Part shown: positions 1 to 8,514 of the stretch, one piece after another
Layout of the letters: each line of letters opens with the position of its first letter
Numbering within the stretch: position 1 is the first letter of the stretch
Source of the DNA: Candidatus Jordarchaeia archaeon
GTDB lineage: Archaea; Asgardarchaeota; Jordiarchaeia; Jordiarchaeales; Jordiarchaeaceae
Length of the DNA stretch: 31,092 nucleotides
NCBI GenBank assembly: GCA_029856435.1
Contig: JAHQXB010000026.1
Location: 1-31,092 of the forward strand
Direction of reading: 5' to 3'
The notes under the pieces: model-generated
The model's input: the letters and a program-made list of their open reading frames with translations, nothing else
Databases searched by the model: none
Told to the model about the DNA's origin: nothing
Program-made: the position numbers and the translations under genes

Positions 1-90
1 TCAACCTTATTGGGGAGGGTGTTTTTATGGGGTTTCCCCTTCAGGCTGGAGCTCGTGATTAAGGGGAAAATCGAATAAATCCACATCGCC
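1..90. mobile_element. MITE family A copy, truncated by window start
   Basis: Ends in ...AATCGAATAAATCCACATCGCC, matching the right arm of the copies at 1101, 1524 and 18237. The interior (GGTGTTTTTATGGGGTTTC) is also similar. Confidence 0.6.
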
Positions 91-383
91 GAAAGCCAGC
101 CACAAAAATCTTATTTAAGAGCGAACTAGTTTTTCTGAAAGTATGCGGGCATAGGGTAATTTTTTATGTAAATTGTTTTTAGGTCTGTCTAAGGCGCCTT
201 TAATAAATGCGTTTTTTAGTGGTCTTTTTATAAAATGAGGATTGGGATCGGGTTCAGGGAAACAATTTTTTATTTTTTGGTTGTGGATTTTTTGTGGATT
301 TGCTTATTTTTTTGAGTGATGTTTTGGTTTATAAATAAAAGGGTGGTTTGGGGGTAGGTTTTTCTTGGGTTTTGTTCTTGTTT

Positions 384-869
384 TTACTTGAATTCTTCTT
401 TTACGTTGCCTCTTAGGTATAGTATGAAGAATATTGCTATTATTGCTATGAATACGCTGCCTACGACGTAGATTATTGGGAAGCCTAGTAGGTATCCTAT
501 TGCAGGGGTTGTTATTAGGAATAGGGAGCTTATAAGGGTGAGGTAGTATCCCCATTTTTTCCTGTAGGCGAAGCCGAATGCTGAAACGATTAGTATGATT
601 GCTATTATTATGCTGGCGGTGAATAGTAGGAGATAGTTGCTTGCATTTAGTTGTATCGAGAGTAGGCTTGGGATATATAGTATCCATATGAGTGCGTTTA
701 GAAGTTCGGGTGTGGTTGGGGGAATTCGTGACAGAAGATTGCTCATTGAGGGTCCGGCGGATAGTGGTTTAAGGAAGAAAAGGTATCCCAGAATCAGTAT
801 GGCTATGGCTGACAGTATAAATACTATGGATATTAAATTTGCTAGTTTTGGCGGTTGGTTTTCAGTCAT
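384..869 (-). CDS. Small multi-pass membrane protein of unknown function
   Basis: 161-aa ORF with about four hydrophobic segments, an RKKWG loop and a YL...VKEEF C-terminus typical of small archaeal membrane proteins. GGAGGT SD-like motif before the ATG. Confidence 0.75.
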   Translation of the reverse strand: MTENQPPKLANLISIVFILSAIAILILGYLFFLKPLSAGPSMSNLLSRIPPTTPELLNALIWILYIPSLLSIQLNASNYLLLFTASIIIAIILIVSAFGFAYRKKWGYYLTLISSLFLITTPAIGYLLGFPIIYVVGSVFIAIIAIFFILYLRGNVKEEFK

Positions 870-1100
870 TTTGTTACCTCCATTAGATTCAATTAGGAAA
901 CCTAAAGTTACTTAAATTTTTCTTTCTTTATGGGTTGCTGCATGATTTACTATGAACAACTTTTTCGTATTTTTATCTGGAATATGTGAGTGTAGGATTG
1001 CTTTGGTTTAGTTTTTTAATTAAAATTCTCAAAAAAGGTTAAACTGTTGAGCATGTGCCATATTTGTAAAATGGTTTAAAAAAATATGATACCCTGCCTT

Positions 1101-1209
1101 CGCGGTGTAGATTCGTTAGATTTCGCCTTCGAAAAAAGCTTTCATAGGGCTTCTTTTCTGATTTAGAGCCTCGAAATGAGAGGTAGAATCGGACTAATCT
1201 AACATCACC
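1101..1209. mobile_element. MITE family A copy (109 bp)
   Basis: Imperfect ~29-bp inverted arms (CGCGGTGTAGATT... / ...AATCTAACATCACC). Flanks CCCTGCCTT (1092-1100) and CCCTGCTTT (1210-1218) form an 8/9 target duplication. Confidence 0.75.
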
Positions 1210-1523
1210 CCCTGCTTTACATTAAACGAACGTAATTTGTCGCGCTTAGAAATGCTGGTATAGTGAAGTGTGTTTGCAATAATTTTTATCTTAAAACTAT
1301 ATCTTTAATTAATATTTGTTTTGAGAAAATATTGCTGTGACAATTTGGATTCGGTGGCTGCCCCTTTGTGTGAGAGGGGGGGATATGGATGAGAGGCAGG
1401 CGGAAGTAGATTTTTTCCAAAAATAAGCCAACACTTTTGAGGGTCTTACCCAATCGTTGCGGATTAAAAAGCTTCTGAAAAATTATGGTTTCATATGTGA
1501 GGGGTGCGGGGTTTCTTATTTTA

Positions 1524-1631
1524 GGTGATGTAGAATAGTTTGGCTTCGCCTAAAAAAGGGGACGTTTATAAAGCTCATTTTGCGGTTTAGAGCCCAACCA
1601 AGGAAATGGAGGCAAATAAATTTGCATCGTC
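1524..1631. mobile_element. MITE family A copy (108 bp)
   Basis: Arms GGTGATGTAGAATAG... / ...TAAATTTGCATCGTC. Flanks CTTATTTTA (1515-1523) and CTTCTTTAA (1632-1640) match at 7/9. Confidence 0.75.
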
Positions 1632-1696
1632 CTTCTTTAATTTATTACAGAAAATTTTTATGTGTAAATCAGGAACAATTTTTAGGGGGTGTTTAT

Positions 1697-2728
1697 TTGG
1701 AGATTAAGAAGTTGAAAAAATTGTTTAAATTGGTTGGTATTTCTAATGTTTCTCCACCGATAGTTAGGAATTTGAAGATTGCCCCTTACGTTAAGCTTAG
1801 GGTTGGCAAGATAACTAAGACTGTTAGTCTTAACTTTAGCCTTGAGCTCTCCTTTAAAGGCGATATTTTTCAAAGCGTTAAACATGTTCAAAGCGTTTCA
1901 AGTGAAGGAACTTATATCATTCCTTTACCCTTGGATGTTAAAAAAATTCCCTCCGAAGCTAAGAAAGTTAATTTAGCAATAGAATTGCAAGTAGGTAAAA
2001 ACGTGATAAATAAGAAAACAATCTCCTTACCTGTTTCGGATACCAAGAATCAACTTGTAATATCCCTTCCTTATGTTAAGAGAAATCGAATTATTGCGGG
2101 GGAGAGGCAGGATTGCTTTTGTGACTTGAAAAACACTTCAGATTTACCCATTCCAATGTACTTTGAGATTCTATTACTACCCTTGGGAGGAGAGGAAATT
2201 AGGGTGTTTGGTGAACCCCGGAATATTCCCCCTAGAAGACCTGAACAGATTCAAGCTAGATGTGTTGCTCCTATTGATCTTCTGGGAGAGTGCTTCATAA
2301 TAGCCCGAGCTAAGTTCAAACAGGGAGAACAAGAGCTTGAGCAATGTACGGTTCGAAAAACAACGGTTCAATTATCTCCTGAGCCAATCATAGAAATTAA
2401 AATAAGTGAGTCTCCACAAGTTCCTACCGCAGTTGAGGGAGGAAAAAAGGTAAATTTTAACGTTAAAGTATTACAAAATATTGAGAAGACTAAACTAAGA
2501 TTTGACGTGCTGGTAACTAGTGAAAATTGGGAAAAAAAGTTAAAAACATTTGAAATCAAACAGCAAAAGGGAGAATATAGGAATTATGGACCTGTAACTT
2601 GGGATGCCTCCAAAGGATCTGAGAAAACAACATTTTATATTGATTTCAAAGTCTATAAAGATGGCCAGCCACTTCCAGAGGGGGTAATTAAGAAAGAAAA
2701 AAAGAAGATAACTTTAACTCCTGTCTAA
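1697..2728 (+). CDS. Hypothetical beta-strand-rich protein (probably tandem Ig-like beta-sandwich domains), no signal peptide
   Basis: Long ORF. The track start at 1580 lies inside a MITE. TTG at 1697 follows an SD-like AGGGGGTG and gives 343 aa with alternating hydrophobic strand patterns. Confidence 0.75.
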   Translation: MEIKKLKKLFKLVGISNVSPPIVRNLKIAPYVKLRVGKITKTVSLNFSLELSFKGDIFQSVKHVQSVSSEGTYIIPLPLDVKKIPSEAKKVNLAIELQVGKNVINKKTISLPVSDTKNQLVISLPYVKRNRIIAGERQDCFCDLKNTSDLPIPMYFEILLLPLGGEEIRVFGEPRNIPPRRPEQIQARCVAPIDLLGECFIIARAKFKQGEQELEQCTVRKTTVQLSPEPIIEIKISESPQVPTAVEGGKKVNFNVKVLQNIEKTKLRFDVLVTSENWEKKLKTFEIKQQKGEYRNYGPVTWDASKGSEKTTFYIDFKVYKDGQPLPEGVIKKEKKKITLTPV

Positions 2729-2857
2729 ATGTAAATCTTATTATCAGAGCTAGAATTGGGTCTCAGTTATCCATTTCAAAAATTAGTACTTTAAGTTTGG
2801 TTTATCTTAACTTGAAGGGGTTAAATTTCATAATTTTAGGCCTGATATTTCTAGCTT

Positions 2858-3787
2858 TTAGAAATTTATAGCTCCACATCTGTTACATCTTTTAGAGCCT
2901 TTGAGTATATCCTGCCCACAGAATCTACATTTTGTTACTTGTGCTTGGAGTGCCATCCATACATATTCCTGTGGTGTTGTTAAAAGCGCGTTTTCTAAAT
3001 GCTTATTTATTTCCTCTACACCCTCTTTTAGTATTTTCGTTCCGCCCAGTTTACCTTCTTTTGCGATGGGACTGGCATTAGCGTTTTTCTTTACAAGAAC
3101 TCTATCGATCGGGATTCTTTTAGTCTCCGATTCTTTTTGGTATTTTGAAATAATGGCTTCATGGCGGAGTGTCAAGAAGCGTTGCTTAACAACATCCTCA
3201 ATAGGTCGATCTAGAATCACTATTCCCGATTCTAGAGCTGGCTTTTTAAAAATTCTGGCGGTGTCCAAATCCCACTTAATTAGTTTTCTCTCCTCTCTTG
3301 AAAGGTTATAAAAAGTTATTTTGGTTTCACCTACATTTCCATGAGGCTCAAATGTTATGTAATTTCCAAAAATTCCGAAGGAGTACTTTTTAATTTTGTT
3401 AATGGCTAACTCAATATATACAGTATTGTATCTCATCCAACCTACAGGTATACGCCCTACGAATCTTGAAGCTCTGTCCTGTGAATAGAACTCTGAGGTT
3501 ATAATCAGGCGTGACTCAGAAATAAAGAGTTTAGCGGGAAACCCTTTAAAAAACTTTAGATTACTTCTCCCATCAATTTCCTTCTGCCAATCAATATTAA
3601 GTCTCACACTGTATCTACTAAGCAGTTTATCATCCTCGAAAGCTGTCAGAGGTAACTCAATCCTTCTTTCTATAGCTGGTTTTTCTACGGCTTCCTTCCT
3701 GTTATTGACAGATTGTTTTAGCGCAATCATGTGACACACCACCCATGTCAGGAGCACTAAGTAAAGGATGACTTCCTCCAGTGTCAA
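2858..3787 (-). CDS. Membrane-anchored protein with putative PH-like domain and C-terminal zinc ribbon
   Basis: N-terminal hydrophobic helix. AKLFISESRLIITS and IELAINKIKKYS segments resemble PH/GRAM-fold strands. C-terminal CRFC-x10-CNRC. AGGAG SD upstream. Confidence 0.75.
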   Translation of the reverse strand: MTLEEVILYLVLLTWVVCHMIALKQSVNNRKEAVEKPAIERRIELPLTAFEDDKLLSRYSVRLNIDWQKEIDGRSNLKFFKGFPAKLFISESRLIITSEFYSQDRASRFVGRIPVGWMRYNTVYIELAINKIKKYSFGIFGNYITFEPHGNVGETKITFYNLSREERKLIKWDLDTARIFKKPALESGIVILDRPIEDVVKQRFLTLRHEAIISKYQKESETKRIPIDRVLVKKNANASPIAKEGKLGGTKILKEGVEEINKHLENALLTTPQEYVWMALQAQVTKCRFCGQDILKGSKRCNRCGAINF

Positions 3788-3903
3788 CCCCTACTCCTAG
3801 AACTGGAAACTCCAATTCAAGTAGTAGTGCCCAATTTCAATTCCTCAGCAAGCTGGTTTATATAAAATATTTTTACTATTTAAACATTATCTCTGAAGAC
3901 AAA

Positions 3904-4074
3904 GGGGCCTTGTCGTAAGTATGTAGTTTGTTGACATGGTATGTGTGCAGGGTTAGCTGGTCTTACTCCTTTTTTTAGGCTTATTTGGAAGGAAGCCCTG
4001 TTAAGCCTCCTTTTTTTTGAGAGGAACAAACGATCATGCATAGAAGGGAAGCCACATACTTAAGACGAGAGCCC
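3904..4074. mobile_element. MITE family C (171 bp)
   Basis: 23-bp terminal inverted repeats match at 18/23 (GGGGCCTTGTCGTAAGTATGTAG vs reverse complement GGGCTCTCGTCTTAAGTATGTGG). Perfect 9-bp TSD GAAGACAAA at 3895-3903 and 4075-4083. No ORF. Confidence 0.85.
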
Positions 4075-4383
4075 GAAGACAAAATCACATTTTTTTCTCA
4101 GCATATACTATTATGGGTGTTGTTTTGTGACTTTCCTCGCCTTCTACGCCTTAAATTTGTATTTTCCCCCCTCTTTAAACGCTAATTCTGGGATATAAAC
4201 CCCAGAAATTTCCAAACAAAAATAAACTGATACACAATAAGTGACTCCAGTTAATAGTGTCGTGATAAAAAACCGCTTATTTTTAATACAACCTTTTTTG
4301 ACATTCCTGTTTACCTTTTTATAGGTTCTGCAAACTGATAGAAGTTCCAGCTTATGCCAGATTGCCCTTTACACAAATGAAAA

Positions 4384-4845
4384 TCATTCTTTTAAGCCTA
4401 GATAGTTCAGTAGTTTACTGAAGCCCATTAGTACTTCCTTTCTTGTTTTGTCCATTATTTCCTCGTCAAACTTCATAACTGTTTCAGATATTATTTCTAA
4501 TAGATCGTTCACTAGTTTTTGCCTCCATTTGGAGGGGCTGTCTAGATGTTCTTCTATTATTTGGAAGAATAACTTTGGTTTTTTAATGAAAATTTCTTCG
4601 ATCCCATCACGGATGTATGTGATTTCCAGTTTTTCTTGGTGTTTCTGGATTAGATGCTGTATTATGCGTTGCCCCCATTCAGGCTTTCTGTGGCAAATGA
4701 ATTTTAGCAGGCTACTTCTAACAACTTTGCTTTCTTGGGCTGTGCTGTCAAAGCATTCAATTATTTTGAACTCATTTTTTTCTAAAAAGTCTATTAATTC
4801 TGCTCCGTAGAACTCAGCCTTATTTGCTTTTTCAGATTCAACCAT
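4384..4845 (-). CDS. Hypothetical all-alpha protein (HEAT/ARM-like helical repeats possible)
   Basis: Amphipathic helical ORF. ATG at 4845 follows a GGTGAT SD and gives 153 aa, so the track start at 4926 is probably too long. Confidence 0.7.
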   Translation of the reverse strand: MVESEKANKAEFYGAELIDFLEKNEFKIIECFDSTAQESKVVRSSLLKFICHRKPEWGQRIIQHLIQKHQEKLEITYIRDGIEEIFIKKPKLFFQIIEEHLDSPSKWRQKLVNDLLEIISETVMKFDEEIMDKTRKEVLMGFSKLLNYLGLKE

Positions 4846-5273
4846 AATAATCACCGCCGATATTTTAGATATTTTATTCCATCCGCTCAAACATAAAATC
4901 CCAACACATTTAGCTAATCTAATCAACGCATGATTTTTATAAATTTAGGAGGTGTTAGAACTTTAAAAACTAGAGACATATGTATCTCTTTAAAGGTATT
5001 AGTTATGTTAATTTGAGAAATGTGCCTGTGAAAATGTCAATATACGCTTCAAAAAGTTCCTCAAATTAGTGGAGTTTTTAAAGATAGATTCAGATATAAA
5101 TAGTACCCCCTTCCAAGAGTTCTTGCTTAGGGTCTAGTAAGGAGCCAGGTAGTGTGAACCGCATCCACCCCCTGTTTTTTTCTTTTTTCCTGGCTCCTTC
5201 CCTCCTCCCTTTTTAAGTCAGCAAATTAAGATATTCCAATTCTTAACTAGTTTAATTTTTAAAAGCGATATTT

Positions 5274-5561
5274 TTATCGATACCTAATACTAAAATTTTT
5301 AAACTCGCCAGTATAGTCTTCGAAGGTAACTTTTATCTCGGTCACTTTAGCAGATGGGGGCCCCTGCTTGCAAAATTTAATCATTTCCTCAACTTTTTCT
5401 TTCTCCCCTTCGAATACGGCTTCTACTCTTCCATCGCTGAGATTTCTCACCCATCCCGTTACTCCCCTACTATCAGCTTCATCTTTTGTATACGATCTAA
5501 AAAAGACGCCTTGCACTCTTCCGCTGACAAATATATGGGCTCTAATTTTCATACTCATCAC
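5274..5561 (-). CDS. acyP: Acylphosphatase
   Basis: Signature VSGRVQGVFFR and GWVRNLSDGRVEAV, C-terminal F..F.IRY. The true start may be the ATG at 5552. Confidence 0.97.
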   Translation of the reverse strand: MMSMKIRAHIFVSGRVQGVFFRSYTKDEADSRGVTGWVRNLSDGRVEAVFEGEKEKVEEMIKFCKQGPPSAKVTEIKVTFEDYTGEFKNFSIRYR

Positions 5562-7046
5562 CGATGGGTAAACAAGAAGGTTTTTTAATGTGTTTGAATA
5601 ATCAATTATAAATTTTGGGCATATAAAAAGTTTTTAGCGCATTTTCGGATTTGGGCCTTTTTAAGGAACAATTTCTCTAGGAAAAGAGGTCCCGAATCCC
5701 TGCAGAAATAAGCCCTATTAACCATATGTTTAAACTACACTCCTATATAGCCCATATGTTTAACCGATATTCCCGTTGTGTAGTTTTTTGTTCTCTTCTA
5801 TGATTTCTTTTAAGGGCTTCCTTCGGGTTTTTGTTTACCCTCCTTCGTAACCGCTCGCCAAACTTCCTCTCCCTCCTCTCGCTCCCTCAGTATGCCACAG
5901 TAGGTCTCACACCCAACACTAGCTACAGCCTCACTTAGTTGCATCCAACCCCAACTTATCCGGGTACCCGCAGAGGAAGTTGAAGATGTGAATGGCGTCT
6001 GGGCGTGGAAAAGAATCCACCCATCCATAACGTTGCACCCGGTGATCCTAAGCCAGAGGCTCCGAAGCCCCCTAATGAGGTTCTCCAGATCGTTGTTTGT
6101 TCTCGGTACCCTCTCATCGTCATAGCAGTGGAAAAGCCCCTTCCACACAGATTCAACCTGCTCCACCACCTTCCTATACCTCACATCGCTCTCACCCTCC
6201 CTCCTAAAGAGTTCCATACACTCCCTAACTCGGGCTTCAACCTCAGCCCGAGAGCCTCCCCGTTCAAGAACACGCCGGAGTCTCTGGAAATCCCGGTAAT
6301 CATCCTTTAACTCCCTTTAACGAGGCTTCTAATCTTTTTTGTCCTTCACACTCTCAGCGAGGATTCCCTCTATCTCAAGTAGGGCATGGCGGTATTCGTC
6401 GTCCTGTATGTGGTCTGCCAGACATTTCCTCACGACTGTTCGCACCTGTTTCATCCGTTCGTATAGCCTCACGTAGTAGAGGTCATAGGGGAAGTCGTCG
6501 CAGGTCACTTCAAGTGCGTAGGCTACATGCTTGAGGATTTCCTTCTTCTTTTCCTGCTGAAAACAGTAGTCTACAAGAGTTTTCTGACCCCCCTGCCGAC
6601 CCATTTGAGTCCTGGAAAAAGGGGGATAGATAAATCTTTTTTCGGGAAAAGAAGGCTTTTTATTCCTTTTTTTGTCCCTCACCATCACCTGGTTGGCGGA
6701 GAAAATTTTTCGGAATTGCCACGAAGCCACCTCCTAGCTTTAGTTTTCACCCCCTCACCCTTCATGATTCCACCGAGCTGGCTGTAGCTTTGTCCCATAA
6801 GTTCCTTCCCCATATTCCTCAGGAGGTGGTACTGGCAGTACTGGTGCTTTACCCCGGGTAGAAGCTCCTCCACCACCTCCACTATGGAGGGCTGCATGTC
6901 GCTGACCACTGCCAAGGGTTTGCCGAACATCCCTAGGACCCTCTTGAGGATGGGCTTCAAATCATCTGAGGAGTTGCTCGTCGCAGCTTCTGTGTAGAGT
7001 ACGGTGCCTGAGAGTGCGTCTCGGAAGATGTAGAGGGGGTACCCGC

Positions 7047-7230
7047 GAACTTGTTAAAAAAATAAGTCTTTTTCGCGGTTTGGTTGCAATTTCTTCAAGG
7101 ATTGGTGGGGTGTGTGTTGCAAAACCTTCCTCTATAATATATTTCTGCCTTGGAATTCCCAGAATCACCAGTTTACACCTGGTGGAAAAGCCAACCAGAA
7201 CCCCTGAAACAACAATTTTTTAACAAGTTC
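7047..7230. mobile_element. MITE family B (184 bp) inserted in the transposase gene
   Basis: 15-bp perfect TIR GAACTTGTTAAAAAA / TTTTTTAACAAGTTC. Perfect 9-bp TSD GGTACCCGC (7038-7046, 7231-7239). A second copy lies inverted at 30825-31009. Confidence 0.93.
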
Positions 7231-7538
7231 GGTACCCGCGGTAGCTGTTGGTTCCGTCGATGCCGAGGATGTAGCCTCCACGCTCCTTAATGCTCCTCTT
7301 TATGGCTTCTATGTTTTCTTCGTGCCAGCCTCGCACCAAGGCTTCAACAAAGTTGAGCAGGTGGGTTATGTTCCCCTTGCTCATAATTATTCCCCGGGAA
7401 CGCAAGTCCTTGAGGACCTCCTCGTGAGTTCTCCTTACCTCAAACTTCAGGTGGGCTATGTGTACTATAACGTCGAGACCGAAGGTTTTGCGCCAGAAGG
7501 TTGCCGCTTGTAGTGCCTCTGACCGGAAGCTCCAGTCC

Positions 7539-7648
7539 CTTGCCACACACTCCGGGTTGCTGCACCTGAGCACCATTATAACAATTATGTTTGTTGCGTT
7601 AAAGTATTCCAGCTTGCCACACACTCCGGGTTGCTGCACCTGAGCACC
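7539..7648. repeat. Perfect 36-bp direct repeat flanking a 38-bp AT-rich insert
   Basis: CTTGCCACACACTCCGGGTTGCTGCACCTGAGCACC at 7539-7574 and 7613-7648. Insert ATTATAACAATTATGTTTGTTGCGTTAAAGTATTCCAG at 7575-7612. Confidence 0.95.
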
Positions 7649-8156
7649 CTCTCCAGGGCGTAGATTTCTTCCTCAAGCGTTACCAGCCTCCTGGGGTTGC
7701 AGTTGTACTTCTTCACAAGCCTCGACCCACAAAGGGGGTATGCATCAAAACACGTCTTACATTCAACAGCTTACTATTTCATAAAATGAACATCGATAAA
7801 CACCTACTATATAGGAGTTTTGTTTAAACATATGATGCTTAAAAAACAAAACCCAAAACCAACCAACAGGCGATTTGCAATAAAAACCTTTTACGCCCTA
7901 AATTTTAACATAGGTTTTATTTCTAACTGTTTTACTATAGACTTTCCATTTAATTTTTTCCTTTTCGCTTCCAGGGAACATGGTTTTTTTCCGCTTTTTT
8001 GGGAAAGAAGCCTTAAATAACCCCGGTCAAGGATAGGTTTAGGAAAAAATTAATGAGGTTCTGGTTTCTATTCTCGCTTTTTCTATTTTTTTCAAGTATT
8101 TTCTCAAAATTCTTAGATAAAATCTTTTTTATATATGTTAGTTCTTGATATTAATT

Positions 8157-8336
8157 ATGAAACCAATATCTGTTAAACTTCCTATAGAATATATAGAGGG
8201 CTTAGAAACATTAGTGAGAAATGGCTACTATGCGAACCTTCGCGAAGCAATAAGATTTGCTATTCGAGACCTTTTGGTAAAGGAGGGATACTCCGAGTTC
8301 AATCAAGGAGTAAAACGAGGAAGAGTTTACGCTTAA
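8157..8336 (+). CDS. Ribbon-helix-helix (CopG/Arc/MetJ family) transcription factor
   Basis: MKPISVKLP...IEGLETLVRNGYYANLREAIRFAIRDLL is a classic archaeal RHH pattern. A TATA-like TTTTATATAT (8127-8136) about 21 nt before ATG 8157 suggests a leaderless transcript. Confidence 0.9.
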   Translation: MKPISVKLPIEYIEGLETLVRNGYYANLREAIRFAIRDLLVKEGYSEFNQGVKRGRVYA

Positions 8337-8514
8337 GTATTTCTTATATAGCTGTGGAGATACCCCCTTCCAGAAAATACCTCGGCAACTAGCTTCAAAA
8401 TGGGATTAGCTCCAGAAAAATTTTTGCTCTTTTTCAAAGTGTTTAGCAGTTAGATTGAAAAATCTAAAAGGTTGTGTTATTCCAAAGCTCTTTTACCATA
8501 GTGGGTGTGCACTG

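Larger units (their letters stand above)
5810..7782 (-). pseudogene. Fragmented DDE transposase
   Basis: Fragments in order: PLCGS...CSNPEC (Zn-binding), ILGIDGT (D1), LAVVSDMQ (D2), HQYCQYHLLRN (CxxH), PRTNNDLENLIR (E). Removing the 184-bp MITE plus one TSD, and the 74-bp duplication/insert, each restores the frame locally. Other stops and frameshifts remain. Confidence 0.88.
5723..7834. mobile_element. Decayed IS element (IS256/ISH6/Mutator-like DDE), ~2.1 kb including later insertions
   Basis: 28-bp inverted repeats match at 26/28 (CATATGTTTAAACTACACTCCTATATAG at 5723-5750; CTATATAGGAGTTTTGTTTAAACATATG at 7807-7834), with weaker similarity continuing inward. They enclose a transposase pseudogene that is visibly more GC-rich than the flanks. 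No TSD found. Confidence 0.8.

Noticed and set aside
4186-4207. TTCTGGG/CCCAGAA inverted repeat around a TATA-like loop
   Set aside because: A 7-bp stem is common by chance, and there is no adjacent gene start to assign it to.
6620-6715. AT-rich patch inside the IS as another insertion
   Set aside because: No TIR or convincing TSD (only a TTTTTCGG recurrence), so it cannot be separated from ordinary decay.
6962-7223. ORFs 6962-7168 and 7014-7223 as genes
   Set aside because: They read through the MITE. The second MITE copy has a stop in the same frame.
7539-7648. Calling the 36-bp repeat pair a true CRISPR array
   Set aside because: Only two units, the repeat is in-frame transposase coding sequence, and there is no leader or cas gene in the window. 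Kept only as a possible ectopic integration scar.
5104-8372. Identical 12-mer TACCCCCTTCCA at 5104-5115 and 8361-8372
   Set aside because: The match does not extend, and a 12-mer match is expected by chance in 31 kb.
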